Notes: generated from the letters alone by a model not told the origin. Shown: positions 46,521 through 57,062, counted from the stretch's first letter. The stretch: DNA of 64,000 bases from Flavobacteriales bacterium (GCA_965661345.1 CBFIDK010000004.1:7503-71502); one strand, 5' to 3'. Translations and numbers: made by a program.

Positions 46521-46718
46521 CTATTCTTTATTGTTAAAAAAATCATTTCTTCTTTGTCTCAAAGCAACAGCAAATAATAAAATAGTTGCTGGCCAATGGG
46601 CTGAATACTGTGCAGACTCTAAATCCCCACTTAGACCTAGAAAAATTGAATATAACATGGCGAAAAATGCTAAGATAATAGGATAATAAACTTTTATAAA
46701 ATCTGATAATTTATTCAC
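46521..46718 (-). CDS. Small membrane protein
   Basis: 65 aa, two hydrophobic segments. Confidence 0.45.
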   Translation of the reverse strand: MNKLSDFIKVYYPIILAFFAMLYSIFLGLSGDLESAQYSAHWPATILLFAVALRQRRNDFFNNKE

Positions 46719-46786
46719 TTTAGTTATTGTTAGAGATTAGAGTGTACAATATACTGCTTTTTAAACAATGATATAACCTTTTGTGA

Positions 46787-46895
46787 CTAACAAATACCTC
46801 CCTAAGTTTATTGTGAGGGATAAAATAGTTTGGGATGTGATAAAAAAACCCCCACTAAAAAGTGAGGGTTTAGAATTTATTGAAGTATCAGTTTA
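46787..46895. repeat. Left copy of a ~108-bp direct repeat (family-2 hairpin variant + terminator + T9SS-tail stop remnant)
   Basis: CTAACAAATACCTCCCTAAGTTTATTGTGAGGGATAAAATAG...AAAAACCCCCACTAAAAAGTGAGGGTTTAGAATTTATTGAAGTATCAGTTTA. Confidence 0.75.
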
Positions 46896-46898
46896 CTA

Positions 46899-47549
46899 TT
46901 AATTTATTTCTCGTTTAATACTGCAACCTTTAGCATTTGTTTCTTTTAGCTTAATATCTACTCCTTCAACCATCTGTTCAATGGCATCTAATAAATATGT
47001 TTCTTTTACCTGTGAAATATCTCGGAAATTATCATCTATAGCGCCTTTATAAACTAGCGTTTTATTTTTATCGAACAAATAGATATGTGGAGTAGTTTTA
47101 GCTCCAAAAGCATTAGCTACTGCACTATTTTGATCAATTAAGTAAGGGAAAGTATAACCCATGCTTTTTGCATGATTTTTCATTGCTTCTGCTGAATCGT
47201 CGCCATCGCGTTTAGCTTCATTGGAATTAATGTATACCATTCCAACATTATTAATTTGACACATTTTTTCTAGTTGTCTATAGCGATCTTCCCACATTAC
47301 AACAAAAGGGCAGGTGTTACAGCTAAAAACAACTAATAATCCGTTTTCATTAAAATTGCTATTTAATGACATTTTTTCATCAGTCACGTTAATCATTAAT
47401 TCTTCAGACATAGGAATAATTGCACCCAATTCCAGTGAACTATTTTTTTGTGCAATAGAGCTATTACAAATTAAGGTAAAAACAACTAATAAAAAAGTTG
47501 TTTGTATTGTATATGGTGTTTTCATAATTGAATAGTTAAGTTGCTTCAA
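46899..47549 (-). CDS. Secreted thioredoxin-fold (redoxin/TlpA-like) protein
   Basis: 216 aa. Signal peptide. VVFSCNTCPFV CxxC motif. Confidence 0.8.
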   Translation of the reverse strand: MKQLNYSIMKTPYTIQTTFLLVVFTLICNSSIAQKNSSLELGAIIPMSEELMINVTDEKMSLNSNFNENGLLVVFSCNTCPFVVMWEDRYRQLEKMCQINNVGMVYINSNEAKRDGDDSAEAMKNHAKSMGYTFPYLIDQNSAVANAFGAKTTPHIYLFDKNKTLVYKGAIDDNFRDISQVKETYLLDAIEQMVEGVDIKLKETNAKGCSIKREIN

Positions 47550-47609
47550 ATCTAATAATTAAAATTGAATGGGGAAGTACAATAAATTACTTACAAAAGA
47601 CCTTAGGAG

Positions 47610-47716
47610 CTAACTATTACGTCACTAAGTTTATTGGTAGTGATAAGATAGAGTGGGGCGTAATAAAAACCCCCACTTAAAAGTGAGGGTTTGGAATTTA
47701 TTGAAGTATCAGTTTA
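47610..47716. repeat. Right copy of the ~108-bp direct repeat
   Basis: CTAACTATTACGTCACTAAGTTTATTGGTAGTGATAAGATAG...AAAAACCCCCACTTAAAAGTGAGGGTTTGGAATTTATTGAAGTATCAGTTTA. Confidence 0.75.
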
Positions 47717-47835
47717 TGATTACTAATTCCACCAGAGGTTTTAATTGTTAGGTTATAAATACCTCTAGAACAGTTTGATAAATCTATTTGAGTATTATAC
47801 TCTACAATAGATTGATTTGATTCAAAATAAACCCC
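47698..47835 (-). pseudogene. Relic of a T9SS C-terminal sorting tail
   Basis: Own translation: GVYFESNQSIVEYNTQIDLSNCSRGIYNLTIKTSGGISNHKLILQ*. No start codon; upstream in-frame stop at 47836-47838. Confidence 0.45.
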
Positions 47836-47986
47836 TCAATCTACTAGAGATAAGGGGTTTGTTTTTAGTAGATAAATCTATCGAAATATCGAACATCCGT
47901 TTTACTCGAACAGATTTTTTAATCACATTAAAAGTGATTAATCTTATTTTGGAAGATGATTGTTGATCATGATTTAAACTTTTTTA

Positions 47987-49012
47987 TTAATCAACCTTGT
48001 TAAGATAGGATTCAATTGATTTTGCAGTATCCAAAACAGTCTTTTTAAAGGGTATGGGATTCCAATCAAATGTTTTCATTGTTAAGGATACATCACCATT
48101 ATATGTTTTGCCAATAAAAGATCTCATACTTTTTGCTTCTCTATCAAAATTACCAATAAAATTTAGTAAAAAGTTTGGAGCCAACCTTGTACTTACGTTA
48201 TCATAACCATTGGATTTAAGTATTTTGGCTAATTCCTGAAAAGCGAAAGGTTCTTCAGTTGTAACAATAAATCTTTTTCCGGCTGCTTTTTCATTTTCAA
48301 GCGCTAGCACATGTATTTTAGCAATATCTCTTACGTCGGACATATTAATTGCAGCTTGAGGAACCATTGGCATTTTTCCTGACATCATTTGCTTAAACAT
48401 ACCCATTGAAGCTCCTGATAAATCACCCGAAAGCGTTGGGCCAAAAACAGGACCTGGATTCACAACAGTAAGTTCCATTGGTGTTGCATCGGTTTGAGCA
48501 TTAATAAAGTCCCAAGCAGCCCGCTCTGCCAAGGTTTTGCTTTTTGCATACGTAGAAACATTTTTTGCTTTTACGTTTGTCCATGATTTCGAATCGACTT
48601 TGATAGATTTATCAGCATTTTCTAACATAGAAACCATTGATGAAGTTAAAACAACCCTTTTAATGCCGGCCTTTTTAGCAGCATTTAGTGCTCTCATTGT
48701 GCCGTCGACTGCAGGTCTTATATATTCATTTTCATCTTTCGGCTCGATATTGATAAATGGAGAGGCTACGTGCATTACAAACTCACATCCCTTCATTGCA
48801 TCATCCCAACCATCATCATTTAGCAAGTCCAGCTCACAAAATTCTAAATTATCTTTTGGATCAACTTCTTTTTTAATTGCGTCAATAACCTTTTCAGATT
48901 TTGATAAACTTCTAACGGATCCACGGACTGAATATCCATTTTTCAATAATTCGACGGCACAATGATTTCCTATGTAGCCTGAAATTCCTGTTAATAAAAC
49001 TTTTTTATTCAT
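47987..49012 (-). CDS. NAD-dependent epimerase/dehydratase-family reductase (extended SDR)
   Basis: 341 aa. LLTGISGYIGNH Rossmann motif, YAKSK catalytic motif. Confidence 0.85.
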   Translation of the reverse strand: MNKKVLLTGISGYIGNHCAVELLKNGYSVRGSVRSLSKSEKVIDAIKKEVDPKDNLEFCELDLLNDDGWDDAMKGCEFVMHVASPFINIEPKDENEYIRPAVDGTMRALNAAKKAGIKRVVLTSSMVSMLENADKSIKVDSKSWTNVKAKNVSTYAKSKTLAERAAWDFINAQTDATPMELTVVNPGPVFGPTLSGDLSGASMGMFKQMMSGKMPMVPQAAINMSDVRDIAKIHVLALENEKAAGKRFIVTTEEPFAFQELAKILKSNGYDNVSTRLAPNFLLNFIGNFDREAKSMRSFIGKTYNGDVSLTMKTFDWNPIPFKKTVLDTAKSIESYLNKVD

Positions 49013-49102
49013 TGGATAGTTTATTTATTATTACTTTAGATTTGGAAGTAAAAATAATAAAATTACTATTGTTTTGATAGTAATAATTATATTTTTATAA
49101 TT

Positions 49103-49525
49103 ATGTCATTTATAGATAAGTTTTTTAGGTGTGATTGTCCTGTTACTTCAGCAATAGATATTGTTGGAGACAAATGGACGCTTGTTGTTTTAAAATTGAT
49201 GCTATTAGAACATAAAAAAACGTTTAAAGAGTTTTCTGAAAGCGATGAATCAATTGCACCAAGTATTTTGTCTAATAGGCTAAAATCACTCGAGAAGATG
49301 GAGTTTATTGTCAAGCAAAAATTACCTGACAATCATAAAACAAATCACTATTTTCTGACCGAAAAAGGACTTTCGTTAACTCCTGTTATAATTGAGTTAG
49401 CCTTGTGGAGCCATCACAATATTAAACCTGTCGATAATCAAGACTTAGCAAATTTTAAGGATAAAAACGAATTACGCCTTGCAATCATTGAAAGATATAA
49501 ATCAAAAACGGTTACACTATTATAG
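49103..49525 (+). CDS. HxlR-family transcriptional regulator
   Basis: 140 aa. CPVTSAIDIVGDKWTLVVLKLML...KTFKEF signature. Divergent from the reductase gene. Confidence 0.85.
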   Translation: MSFIDKFFRCDCPVTSAIDIVGDKWTLVVLKLMLLEHKKTFKEFSESDESIAPSILSNRLKSLEKMEFIVKQKLPDNHKTNHYFLTEKGLSLTPVIIELALWSHHNIKPVDNQDLANFKDKNELRLAIIERYKSKTVTLL

Positions 49526-49547
49526 TATAACCGTTCTATTGTTTTAG

Positions 49548-49620
<73 letters not shown>

Positions 49621-49628
49621 ATGTGCGG

Positions 49629-49636
49629 CAAATATA
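49629..49636 (-). promoter_or_regulatory. -7 promoter box TATATTTG for tRNA-Met
   Basis: TAnnTTTG match 9 nt upstream of the tRNA 5' end. Confidence 0.45.
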
Positions 49637-49713
49637 CACTAAAATTATTTTATTGATTCATTTTCACTTCCTCTTTTTAAGAGCCTATTAAAATAATGTA
49701 CTTTTGCACGCTT

Positions 49714-51669
49714 ATGATTTCAGCAAGCAACATATCGGTTTATTTCGGTGGACAAGAACTATTCGACGATGTCTCATTTATGGTCAACAAAGGAGACCGT
49801 ATTGGATTGGTTGGAAAGAACGGCGCTGGAAAATCAACTTTATTAAGAATTTTATCAGGTGAACAAAAACCAAATGAAGGCTCAATTTCTACGCCTAACG
49901 ACTCTACCATAGGTTATTTAAGACAGGATTTGGAATTTGAAGAAGGCAGAACAGTACAAGAGGAAGCCGAACAAGCCTTTCAGGAAATAAAAAAACTGGA
50001 GCAGGCCATCAATGCCATTAACCTTGAAATGAGTGAACGAACCGATTACGAGAGTGACGGATATATGCAGCTTATAACCGATTTGAACGATTTAAATGAA
50101 CGCTTCGGAATGTTAGGAGGGTACACCATTCAGTCTGAAATGAGTCAAGTTTTAATAGGTTTGGGTTTTCAGCTAGATGATTTTGAAAGGCAAACCAATG
50201 AGTTTAGTGGAGGCTGGAGAATGCGACTTGAGTTAGCCAAAATACTATTAAGTAAGCCAGACGTTTTGTTGCTTGATGAGCCAACAAACCACTTAGATAT
50301 TGAATCCATAATGTGGCTCGAAGGATGGTTAAAGAATTATTCAGGTGCAGTTATTTTAGTCTCACACGACAGAGCATTTTTAGATGCAGTAACCAATAGA
50401 ACCATTGACTTAATTTTAGGAAAAGCTAACGATTACAAGGCCAGTTATTCCAAGTACGTAGAACTCAGAAAAGACAGACAAGAAAAACAAATCCAGTCTA
50501 AGAAGAATCAAGACAAAGAGATAAAGCAAACCAAAATGCTTATCGAAAAGTTTAGAGCAAAGAAGAGCAAAGCCTCTTTTGCGCAGAGTTTGATAAAAAA
50601 ACTCGATAAAATGGACCTCATAGAAGTAGAGCAAGACGATACTGCTTCAATGTATTTTAAGTTTCCGCCAGCTCCACATTCTGGAAAAGTAACTTTAAAG
50701 GTCTCCAAGGCATCTAAAAATTACGATGATTTACAGGTGCTGAAAGACGTTTCTTTAATGCTTGAGCGAGGTGATAAAATTGCTTTTGTTGGGAAAAATG
50801 GAGAAGGGAAAACCACCCTGTCAAAAATGATTGTGAATGTTATCGATTATGACGGTGAAATAGAATATGGTTATCAAGTCAAAGTGGGGTATTATGCTCA
50901 AAATCAATCAGAATTACTAGACGAAAATAAAAGCATTTTTGAAGTAGTTGAAGATGCTGCCGACGAACACAGTCGACCTAGAGTTAGAGATATGCTAGGC
51001 TCATTTTTATTTAGTGGCGATACTGTCCAGAAAAAAGTGAAAGTCCTTTCAGGAGGAGAAAGAGCAAGAGTAGCCTTGTGTAAGTTATTGTTAGAACCGG
51101 TCAACTTACTTATTATGGATGAGCCCACTAACCACTTGGATATGGTCTCAAAAGATATTCTGAAAAGAGCTTTGAAAAACTATGACGGGACATTAATTAT
51201 TGTATCTCACGACAGAGATTTCTTAGAAGATTTAACGGAAAAAGTATACGAATTCAAGGACAAAAACATTAAAGAATACATAGGTGACATTAATAACTTT
51301 TTAGGAGAGAAGAAAGTTCAAGATTTTACCCAATTTGAATTAGAAAATAAACAAAAGAGTAAAGTCAAGAAGTCTGATGATTCAGACAGTAAGCAAACCT
51401 TTAACGAGCATAAACAGCTTGATAAAGATATTCGAAAAGTAACTAATAAAGTCGGGCAACTTGAAAAAGCCGTAGAGCGTCTAGAAAAAGAGTTGAAAGA
51501 ATTAGATCAAGAATTAGCAAAGCCCGAACGCTACAAAGAGTTATCTTCGCGAAAAGGTTTTTTTGAATCCTATCAAGACAAGCAAAACGAACTAAGTCAA
51601 AAAATGATGACTTGGGAAGAGTCAACAGAACTTTTAGAAGAGCTAAAACAAAAACGTTCAGTACTATAA
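49714..51669 (+). CDS. ABC-F family ATPase (two ABC domains, C-terminal coiled coil)
   Basis: Two Walker A sites (GKNGAGKST, GKNGEGKTT) and two LSGG signatures. Start set at MISASNISVYFGG because a TACTTTTG -7 box lies at 49699-49706. Confidence 0.9.
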   Translation: MISASNISVYFGGQELFDDVSFMVNKGDRIGLVGKNGAGKSTLLRILSGEQKPNEGSISTPNDSTIGYLRQDLEFEEGRTVQEEAEQAFQEIKKLEQAINAINLEMSERTDYESDGYMQLITDLNDLNERFGMLGGYTIQSEMSQVLIGLGFQLDDFERQTNEFSGGWRMRLELAKILLSKPDVLLLDEPTNHLDIESIMWLEGWLKNYSGAVILVSHDRAFLDAVTNRTIDLILGKANDYKASYSKYVELRKDRQEKQIQSKKNQDKEIKQTKMLIEKFRAKKSKASFAQSLIKKLDKMDLIEVEQDDTASMYFKFPPAPHSGKVTLKVSKASKNYDDLQVLKDVSLMLERGDKIAFVGKNGEGKTTLSKMIVNVIDYDGEIEYGYQVKVGYYAQNQSELLDENKSIFEVVEDAADEHSRPRVRDMLGSFLFSGDTVQKKVKVLSGGERARVALCKLLLEPVNLLIMDEPTNHLDMVSKDILKRALKNYDGTLIIVSHDRDFLEDLTEKVYEFKDKNIKEYIGDINNFLGEKKVQDFTQFELENKQKSKVKKSDDSDSKQTFNEHKQLDKDIRKVTNKVGQLEKAVERLEKELKELDQELAKPERYKELSSRKGFFESYQDKQNELSQKMMTWEESTELLEELKQKRSVL

Positions 51670-52550
51670 TGGAACATAAAGCAGGTTATGTAAATATCAT
51701 CGGCAATCCAAATGTTGGAAAGTCAACCTTGATGAATGCGCTTGTAGGCGAACGCTTGTCAATAATTACCTCAAAAGCTCAAACTACTCGTCACAGAATT
51801 TTAGGAATTGTCAACGATGAAGAACATCAAATAATTTTTTCAGATACGCCAGGTGTGATTGATCCAGCTTATAAGTTGCAAGAAAACATGATGGATTTTG
51901 TTCACGGTGCTTTTCAAGATGCTGACATCTTAATATACATGGTGGAAATTGGAGAAAGAGAGCTCAAAAGTGAAACGCTATTTGAACGACTTAAAAACAC
52001 AGAAATTCCATTACTTCTTTTGCTCAATAAGATTGATAAAGTAGAGCAAGAATATGTAAAAGAACAAATTAACCTTTGGAAAGAACGCTTGCCAAAGGCT
52101 GAAATTCATCCTATTTCGGCATTAAATAAATTTAATATTGATTTAGTGATGGAAAGAATCAAGAAATCACTTCCTGTTTCACCTCCCTATTTTGACAAGG
52201 ATACTTTGACCGATAAGTCTGAACGCTTTTTTGTTGGTGAAACCATCAGAGAGAAAATTTTAAAGTATTACAAAAAGGAAATACCCTATTCGGTTGAAAT
52301 TGAAGTCGAAGAGTTTTTTGATGAGAAAGAAATAATAAAAATACGCGCCATAATTTTTGTAGCTAGAGAGTCTCAAAAGGGCATAATCATTGGGCACAAA
52401 GGAATAGCTTTGAAAAAAGTGGGTACTTTAGCCCGAAGAGATATGGAATCGTTTTTCCAGAAAAAGATATTTTTAGATTTGTATGTCAAAGTCAATAAAG
52501 ACTGGCGTAACGATGATAAACAACTTAAACGTTTCGGTTATAACAACTAA
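51669..52550 (+). CDS. era: GTPase Era
   Basis: MEHKAGYVNIIGNPNVGKSTLMN start overlapping the upstream stop (TAATG). C-terminal KH domain. Confidence 0.9.
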   Translation: MEHKAGYVNIIGNPNVGKSTLMNALVGERLSIITSKAQTTRHRILGIVNDEEHQIIFSDTPGVIDPAYKLQENMMDFVHGAFQDADILIYMVEIGERELKSETLFERLKNTEIPLLLLLNKIDKVEQEYVKEQINLWKERLPKAEIHPISALNKFNIDLVMERIKKSLPVSPPYFDKDTLTDKSERFFVGETIREKILKYYKKEIPYSVEIEVEEFFDEKEIIKIRAIIFVARESQKGIIIGHKGIALKKVGTLARRDMESFFQKKIFLDLYVKVNKDWRNDDKQLKRFGYNN

Positions 52551-52557
52551 TCAATAG

Positions 52558-53862
52558 ATGGGAAATATAGTAGCAATAGTAGGTCGGCCAAACGTTGGTA
52601 AATCAACGTTTTTCAATAGACTAATTCAGAAGCGACAAGCTATTGTTGACTCTGTTAGTGGTGTAACTAGAGACAGGCATTACGGCATAACGGATTGGAA
52701 TGGAAAAGACTTTTCCGTTATTGATACGGGAGGATATATTGTAGGGTCTGATGATATATTTGAAGAAGAGATTCGCAAGCAAGTCGATTTAGCCATTGAC
52801 GAAGCAAACGCCATTTTATTTTTAGTAGATGCTCAGGAGGGTGTAACCGAAATGGATCTGACCGTTGCCAAGCATTTAAGGAAGTCCGATAAGCCTGTGT
52901 TTCTCGTTGCCAATAAAGTGGATAATGGAAAAATTTTGCAAGAGGCGGTAGAATTATATTCTCTTGGAATGGGAGATTACTTCTGTATTTCTTCCATAAA
53001 TGGTAGCGGAACAGGAGAATTGTTGGATGAATTGGTAAGTAAATTGCCAGACACTGAAAAAGTAGAAGAAAGTGATTTACCTCGTTTTGCTATAGTAGGC
53101 CGACCAAATGTTGGCAAATCGTCTTTTGTAAACGCATTAGTAGGAGAGGAAAGAAACATAGTTACCGACATTGCAGGAACTACTCGAGATTCATTGGATA
53201 CGCACTATACAAAATTTGGTCACGATTTTGTGTTGGTGGATACGGCAGGAGTTAGAAAAAAGAAGAATGTCAGTGAAGATTTGGAGTTTTACTCCGTAAT
53301 GCGTTCGATTCGTTCTATTGAATATTCAGATGTATGCTTGTTGATTATAGATGCTACTTTAGGCTTTGAATCTCAAGATCAAAATATTTTTCACTTAGCG
53401 GATAAAAACAACAAAGGCATTGTCATATTGGTAAACAAATGGGATTTGGTTGAAAAAGATACCCATACCACCAAAGAATATGAAGCAGCTATTCGACAGA
53501 AAATAGCGCCTTTTACGGATGTGCCTATTCTCTTTATTTCTGCATTGACAAAACAGCGTTTATTGAAAGCATTGGAAATTGCTATAAAAGTATCTCAAGA
53601 CAGAAAAGTTAGAATTAGCACCTCTAAACTGAATGACGTTATGTTGCCATTTATAGAGCAAAATCCGCCGCCAGCAACAAAAGGAAAATACATACGAATA
53701 AAGTTTTGTACTCAGTTGCCTACAAAAACACCAACCTTTGCCTTTTTTGCCAATCTACCTCAATACATTAAAGACCCTTACAAAAGGTACATAGAGAACA
53801 AACTTAGAGAGAGTTTCGATTTTACGGGTGTTCCTATTCAAATATTCTTTAGAAAGAAGTAG
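52558..53862 (+). CDS. der: Ribosome-biogenesis GTPase Der (EngA), tandem GTPase domains
   Basis: GRPNVGKST occurs twice. 434 aa. Confidence 0.9.
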   Translation: MGNIVAIVGRPNVGKSTFFNRLIQKRQAIVDSVSGVTRDRHYGITDWNGKDFSVIDTGGYIVGSDDIFEEEIRKQVDLAIDEANAILFLVDAQEGVTEMDLTVAKHLRKSDKPVFLVANKVDNGKILQEAVELYSLGMGDYFCISSINGSGTGELLDELVSKLPDTEKVEESDLPRFAIVGRPNVGKSSFVNALVGEERNIVTDIAGTTRDSLDTHYTKFGHDFVLVDTAGVRKKKNVSEDLEFYSVMRSIRSIEYSDVCLLIIDATLGFESQDQNIFHLADKNNKGIVILVNKWDLVEKDTHTTKEYEAAIRQKIAPFTDVPILFISALTKQRLLKALEIAIKVSQDRKVRISTSKLNDVMLPFIEQNPPPATKGKYIRIKFCTQLPTKTPTFAFFANLPQYIKDPYKRYIENKLRESFDFTGVPIQIFFRKK

Positions 53863-53863
53863 T

Positions 53864-55153
53864 CTAAAGATTAAACGCTTCTTTAACTTTATCTAAATAG
53901 TCTAATTTTTCCCAAGTAAAGGTTTCAAGGGTCATTTCTTGATGTTGTCCATTAACATTGAATACGAATGTTTTGGTTTCGGGTGTTCTTCCCATGTGTC
54001 CATAGGCAGCCGTCTCTTGATAAATAGGTGTCTTTAGTTTTAGACGCTCAATAATAGCTGCAGGTCGCATATCAAAAATAGTAGATACTTTTTCGGCGAT
54101 TTCGCCATCGGACAAGCTGGTTTTATTGGTTCCATAGGTATCTACAAAAATTCCCATTGGCTTGGCTACTCCAATAGCGTAAGACACTTGTACCAACACT
54201 TGTTTGCACAATCCTGCTGCTACTAAGTTTTTTGCAATATGCCTGGTGGCGTAAGCTGCAGAACGGTCTACTTTTGAAGGGTCTTTTCCAGAAAAAGCGC
54301 CTCCGCCGTGGGCACCTTTACCACCATAAGTATCCACAATAATTTTTCGACCCGTTAAACCCGTATCGCCATGGGGTCCACCAATTACGAATTTACCAGT
54401 AGGATTTACGTGGTATTTCTCCGTTCCGAAAAGCACTTGTTGTCTTTTTTCTAATTGGGCTAACACTCTAGGGATAAGAATGGTTTTCACATCATTTTCT
54501 ATCTGTGTTTGCATGGATTTTTCAGCAGCGGCTTTAGAAGCAGCTGTGTCGTCTTGAGGCAATATAAACTCATCATGTTGGGTTGAAACAACAATTGCTT
54601 CAATGCGTTGAGGAATATTGTCGTCGCTGTATTCAATAGTAACTTGAGATTTTGAGTCTGGGCGCAAATAGGTCATTTCCTTCCTCTCCCTTCTAATATT
54701 TGCCAATTCAATAAGAATACGATGAGATAAGTCCAAAGCCAAGGGCATGTAGTTATCCGTTTCGTCTGTAGCATAGCCAAACATCATGCCTTGGTCACCA
54801 GCGCCTTGTTCGGCATGTAACCCTTTGTTTTCTTCAACGCCTTGATTTATATCTGCTGACTGCTCATGTATGGCTGAAATAACGCCGCAACTATCAGCAT
54901 CAAATTGATATTCGGACTTGTTGTAACCTATCTTTCGAATGACGTCTCTAGCAATGTTTTGCACATCAACATATGCTTTCGTTTTTACTTCTCCACTCAG
55001 TACAGTAAGTCCTGTTGTTACCAATGTTTCACACGCTACTTTTGCTTCTTTGTCTTGCGCAAGAAAGTTATCTAATAGTGCATCAGAAATTTGGTCAGCT
55101 ACTTTATCTGGATGTCCTTCTGAAACTGATTCTGAGGTGAAAAAATATGCCAT
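53864..55153 (-). CDS. metK: S-adenosylmethionine synthetase
   Basis: [24 protein letters not shown]..., [21 protein letters not shown] motifs. Confidence 0.95.
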   Translation of the reverse strand: MAYFFTSESVSEGHPDKVADQISDALLDNFLAQDKEAKVACETLVTTGLTVLSGEVKTKAYVDVQNIARDVIRKIGYNKSEYQFDADSCGVISAIHEQSADINQGVEENKGLHAEQGAGDQGMMFGYATDETDNYMPLALDLSHRILIELANIRRERKEMTYLRPDSKSQVTIEYSDDNIPQRIEAIVVSTQHDEFILPQDDTAASKAAAEKSMQTQIENDVKTILIPRVLAQLEKRQQVLFGTEKYHVNPTGKFVIGGPHGDTGLTGRKIIVDTYGGKGAHGGGAFSGKDPSKVDRSAAYATRHIAKNLVAAGLCKQVLVQVSYAIGVAKPMGIFVDTYGTNKTSLSDGEIAEKVSTIFDMRPAAIIERLKLKTPIYQETAAYGHMGRTPETKTFVFNVNGQHQEMTLETFTWEKLDYLDKVKEAFNL

Positions 55154-55195
55154 CTTTAGTGTTTTTGTAGTAGAAAAGACAGCTGCTGCGGGTAT

Positions 55196-55245
55196 CCTTT
55201 TTTAGCATTTTTGGAGTGGTCGCAATCAGCCAAATTTATCCACTT
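55196..55245 (-). promoter_or_regulatory. Candidate SAM-II-like pseudoknot riboswitch in the metK leader
   Basis: RNA AAGUGGAUAAAUUUGGCUGAUUGCGACCACUCCAAAAAUGCUAAAAAAGG. AGUGG/CCACU stem; loop UUUGGC is complementary (one G-U) to the 3' GCUAAA; A-rich tail. Starts a few nt after a -7 box. Not verified with a covariance model. Confidence 0.4.
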
Positions 55246-55258
55246 GTTAAATAGGGTG

Positions 55259-55266
55259 CAAAATTA
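55259..55266 (-). promoter_or_regulatory. -7 promoter box TAATTTTG for metK
   Basis: TAnnTTTG match upstream of the leader structure. Confidence 0.4.
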
Positions 55267-55365
55267 AAATAAAAATTCATTTATAAGAATCATTAAAGAT
55301 AATTTCTAAAGATTATGAAAACGGGAGAGAGGTAAGAAGAAAACAGTTTCTAAATTACCCAATCG

Positions 55366-56067
55366 CTATTTTAAATTCGTCAGTTTTTGAAAATAAGACT
55401 CTAAGTCGACTTTCTTTTTCTTGAGATTGGACAATAGTTCGTTAGCTACTATTTCACCTTTGTTAATAATGATTACTCTATCGCACATTTTTTCAACTTC
55501 CTGCATGATATGAGTTGAAAGCATAACGGTTTTGTCCTTACCGCTTTCTCGTATTAGATTACGAATTTCTACCATTTGGTTAGGGTCCAAACCCGTTGTT
55601 GGCTCATCTAAAATTAACACTTCTGGCTCGTGAATAAGTGCAGCGGCTAGTCCTACCCTTTGCCTGTATCCTTTTGAAAGCTGACTTATTTTTTTGTGAT
55701 TTTCTGCTGTCAATCCAGTTAATTCAATCACTTCGTGTACTCGATTTTTGGAGCAACCGTAAATATCTGCTATAAACGTTAAGTATTCCTTGATGAACAT
55801 TTCATCATAAAGTGGATTATGTTCAGGCAGATAGCCGATTTTTTTTCGAAGTTCAATATTATCTTGTTCGACTTTTTGCTCACAAACAAAAACGCTGCCT
55901 TTATCAGCACCGATAAAGGAAGTGATGATTTTCATTAGGGTAGATTTACCAGCGCCATTAGGGCCTAAAAAACCTAATATTTCTCCTTTGTTTACTTCAA
56001 ATGAAATACCATTTAAGGCCAGTTGCTCGCCATACAGTTTGCTAACGTTTTCTACTTTAATTGACAT
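55366..56067 (-). CDS. ABC transporter ATP-binding protein
   Basis: 233 aa. GPNGAGKST Walker A, LSKGYRQRV signature, LILDEP Walker B. Confidence 0.85.
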   Translation of the reverse strand: MSIKVENVSKLYGEQLALNGISFEVNKGEILGFLGPNGAGKSTLMKIITSFIGADKGSVFVCEQKVEQDNIELRKKIGYLPEHNPLYDEMFIKEYLTFIADIYGCSKNRVHEVIELTGLTAENHKKISQLSKGYRQRVGLAAALIHEPEVLILDEPTTGLDPNQMVEIRNLIRESGKDKTVMLSTHIMQEVEKMCDRVIIINKGEIVANELLSNLKKKKVDLESYFQKLTNLK

Positions 56068-56119
56068 GACGCGAAGATAATAAAGAAATAGGGATTCTAC
56101 TTACTCTTTCAAATCATCG

Positions 56120-56127
56120 TATATTTG
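56120..56127 (+). promoter_or_regulatory. -7 promoter box TATATTTG for rsgA
   Basis: TAnnTTTG match 6 nt before ATG 56133, implying a very short leader. Confidence 0.4.
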
Positions 56128-56132
56128 TGCTA

Positions 56133-57062
56133 ATGCAAGGTATTGTCATAAAATCTACAGGTAGTTGGTACATAGTAAAGACGGATGACGGCAAAATTTT
56201 AGATTGTAGAATTCGAGGTAAGTTTCGTATTCAAGATATAAAAAGTACAAATCCGATAGTTGTTGGGGACAGAGTCAATCTTACTCAAGAAGAAGATTCT
56301 TTTGTGATAGACGAATTGTTTGATAGAAAAAATTTCATTGTTAGGAAATCGGTTAACCTCTCTAAACAAACCCACATTTTAGCGTCTAATATTGACCAAG
56401 CCATTTTAATGGTTACCATTAAAAGTCCAGTTACCACTACAGGTTTTATTGATAGATTTTTAATTTCTGCTAAAGCCTATGGGATAAATGTGGTAATTCT
56501 TTTCAATAAGATAGATTTATTGGATGATGAGAGTAAAAACAAACACAATAGTATTTATGCCTTATACGAAAGCATTGGCTATCAATGCTTGTCCATGAGT
56601 GTTCAGACTGACGATTTATCTGCGGTAAAGGATATGATGAAAAATAAGGTAAATGTCATTTGTGGGCATTCAGGCGTGGGAAAATCAACCCTTTTAAATG
56701 TTTTGCAACCAGAGCTTGACATCAATACACAAGAAGTTTCTGAGCAACACCAACAGGGACAACACACCACCACCTTTTCAGAAATGCACGACCTAAATTT
56801 TGGGGCTTCTGTTATTGATACTCCTGGAGTACGCGGCTTTGGTTTAGTGGAGATGGACAAATACGAATTAGGCGATTATTTCCCAGAATTCTTCCAGTTG
56901 AAACCGAATTGTAAATTCAATAATTGCATACATGTTAACGAGCCAAAATGTGCTGTAAAAGATGCTTTGGAGAAAGGAGAAATATCTTCTTCTAGGTATA
57001 AAAATTACCTTAGCATGTTAGATCAAGATGATGAAAATTTTAGAGTCAACAAATACGAATGA
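56133..57062 (+). CDS. rsgA: Ribosome small-subunit-dependent GTPase A
   Basis: GHSGVGKSTLLN, DTPG, and C-terminal zinc knuckle C.F..C.H..EP.C. Start moved from GTG 56127 to ATG 56133. Confidence 0.85.
   Translation: MQGIVIKSTGSWYIVKTDDGKILDCRIRGKFRIQDIKSTNPIVVGDRVNLTQEEDSFVIDELFDRKNFIVRKSVNLSKQTHILASNIDQAILMVTIKSPVTTTGFIDRFLISAKAYGINVVILFNKIDLLDDESKNKHNSIYALYESIGYQCLSMSVQTDDLSAVKDMMKNKVNVICGHSGVGKSTLLNVLQPELDINTQEVSEQHQQGQHTTTFSEMHDLNFGASVIDTPGVRGFGLVEMDKYELGDYFPEFFQLKPNCKFNNCIHVNEPKCAVKDALEKGEISSSRYKNYLSMLDQDDENFRVNKYE

Noticed and set aside
48537-49332. Track ORFs 48537-48965 (+) and 49087-49332 (-)
   Set aside because: They are antisense to the well-supported reductase and HxlR genes respectively, with no motifs of their own.
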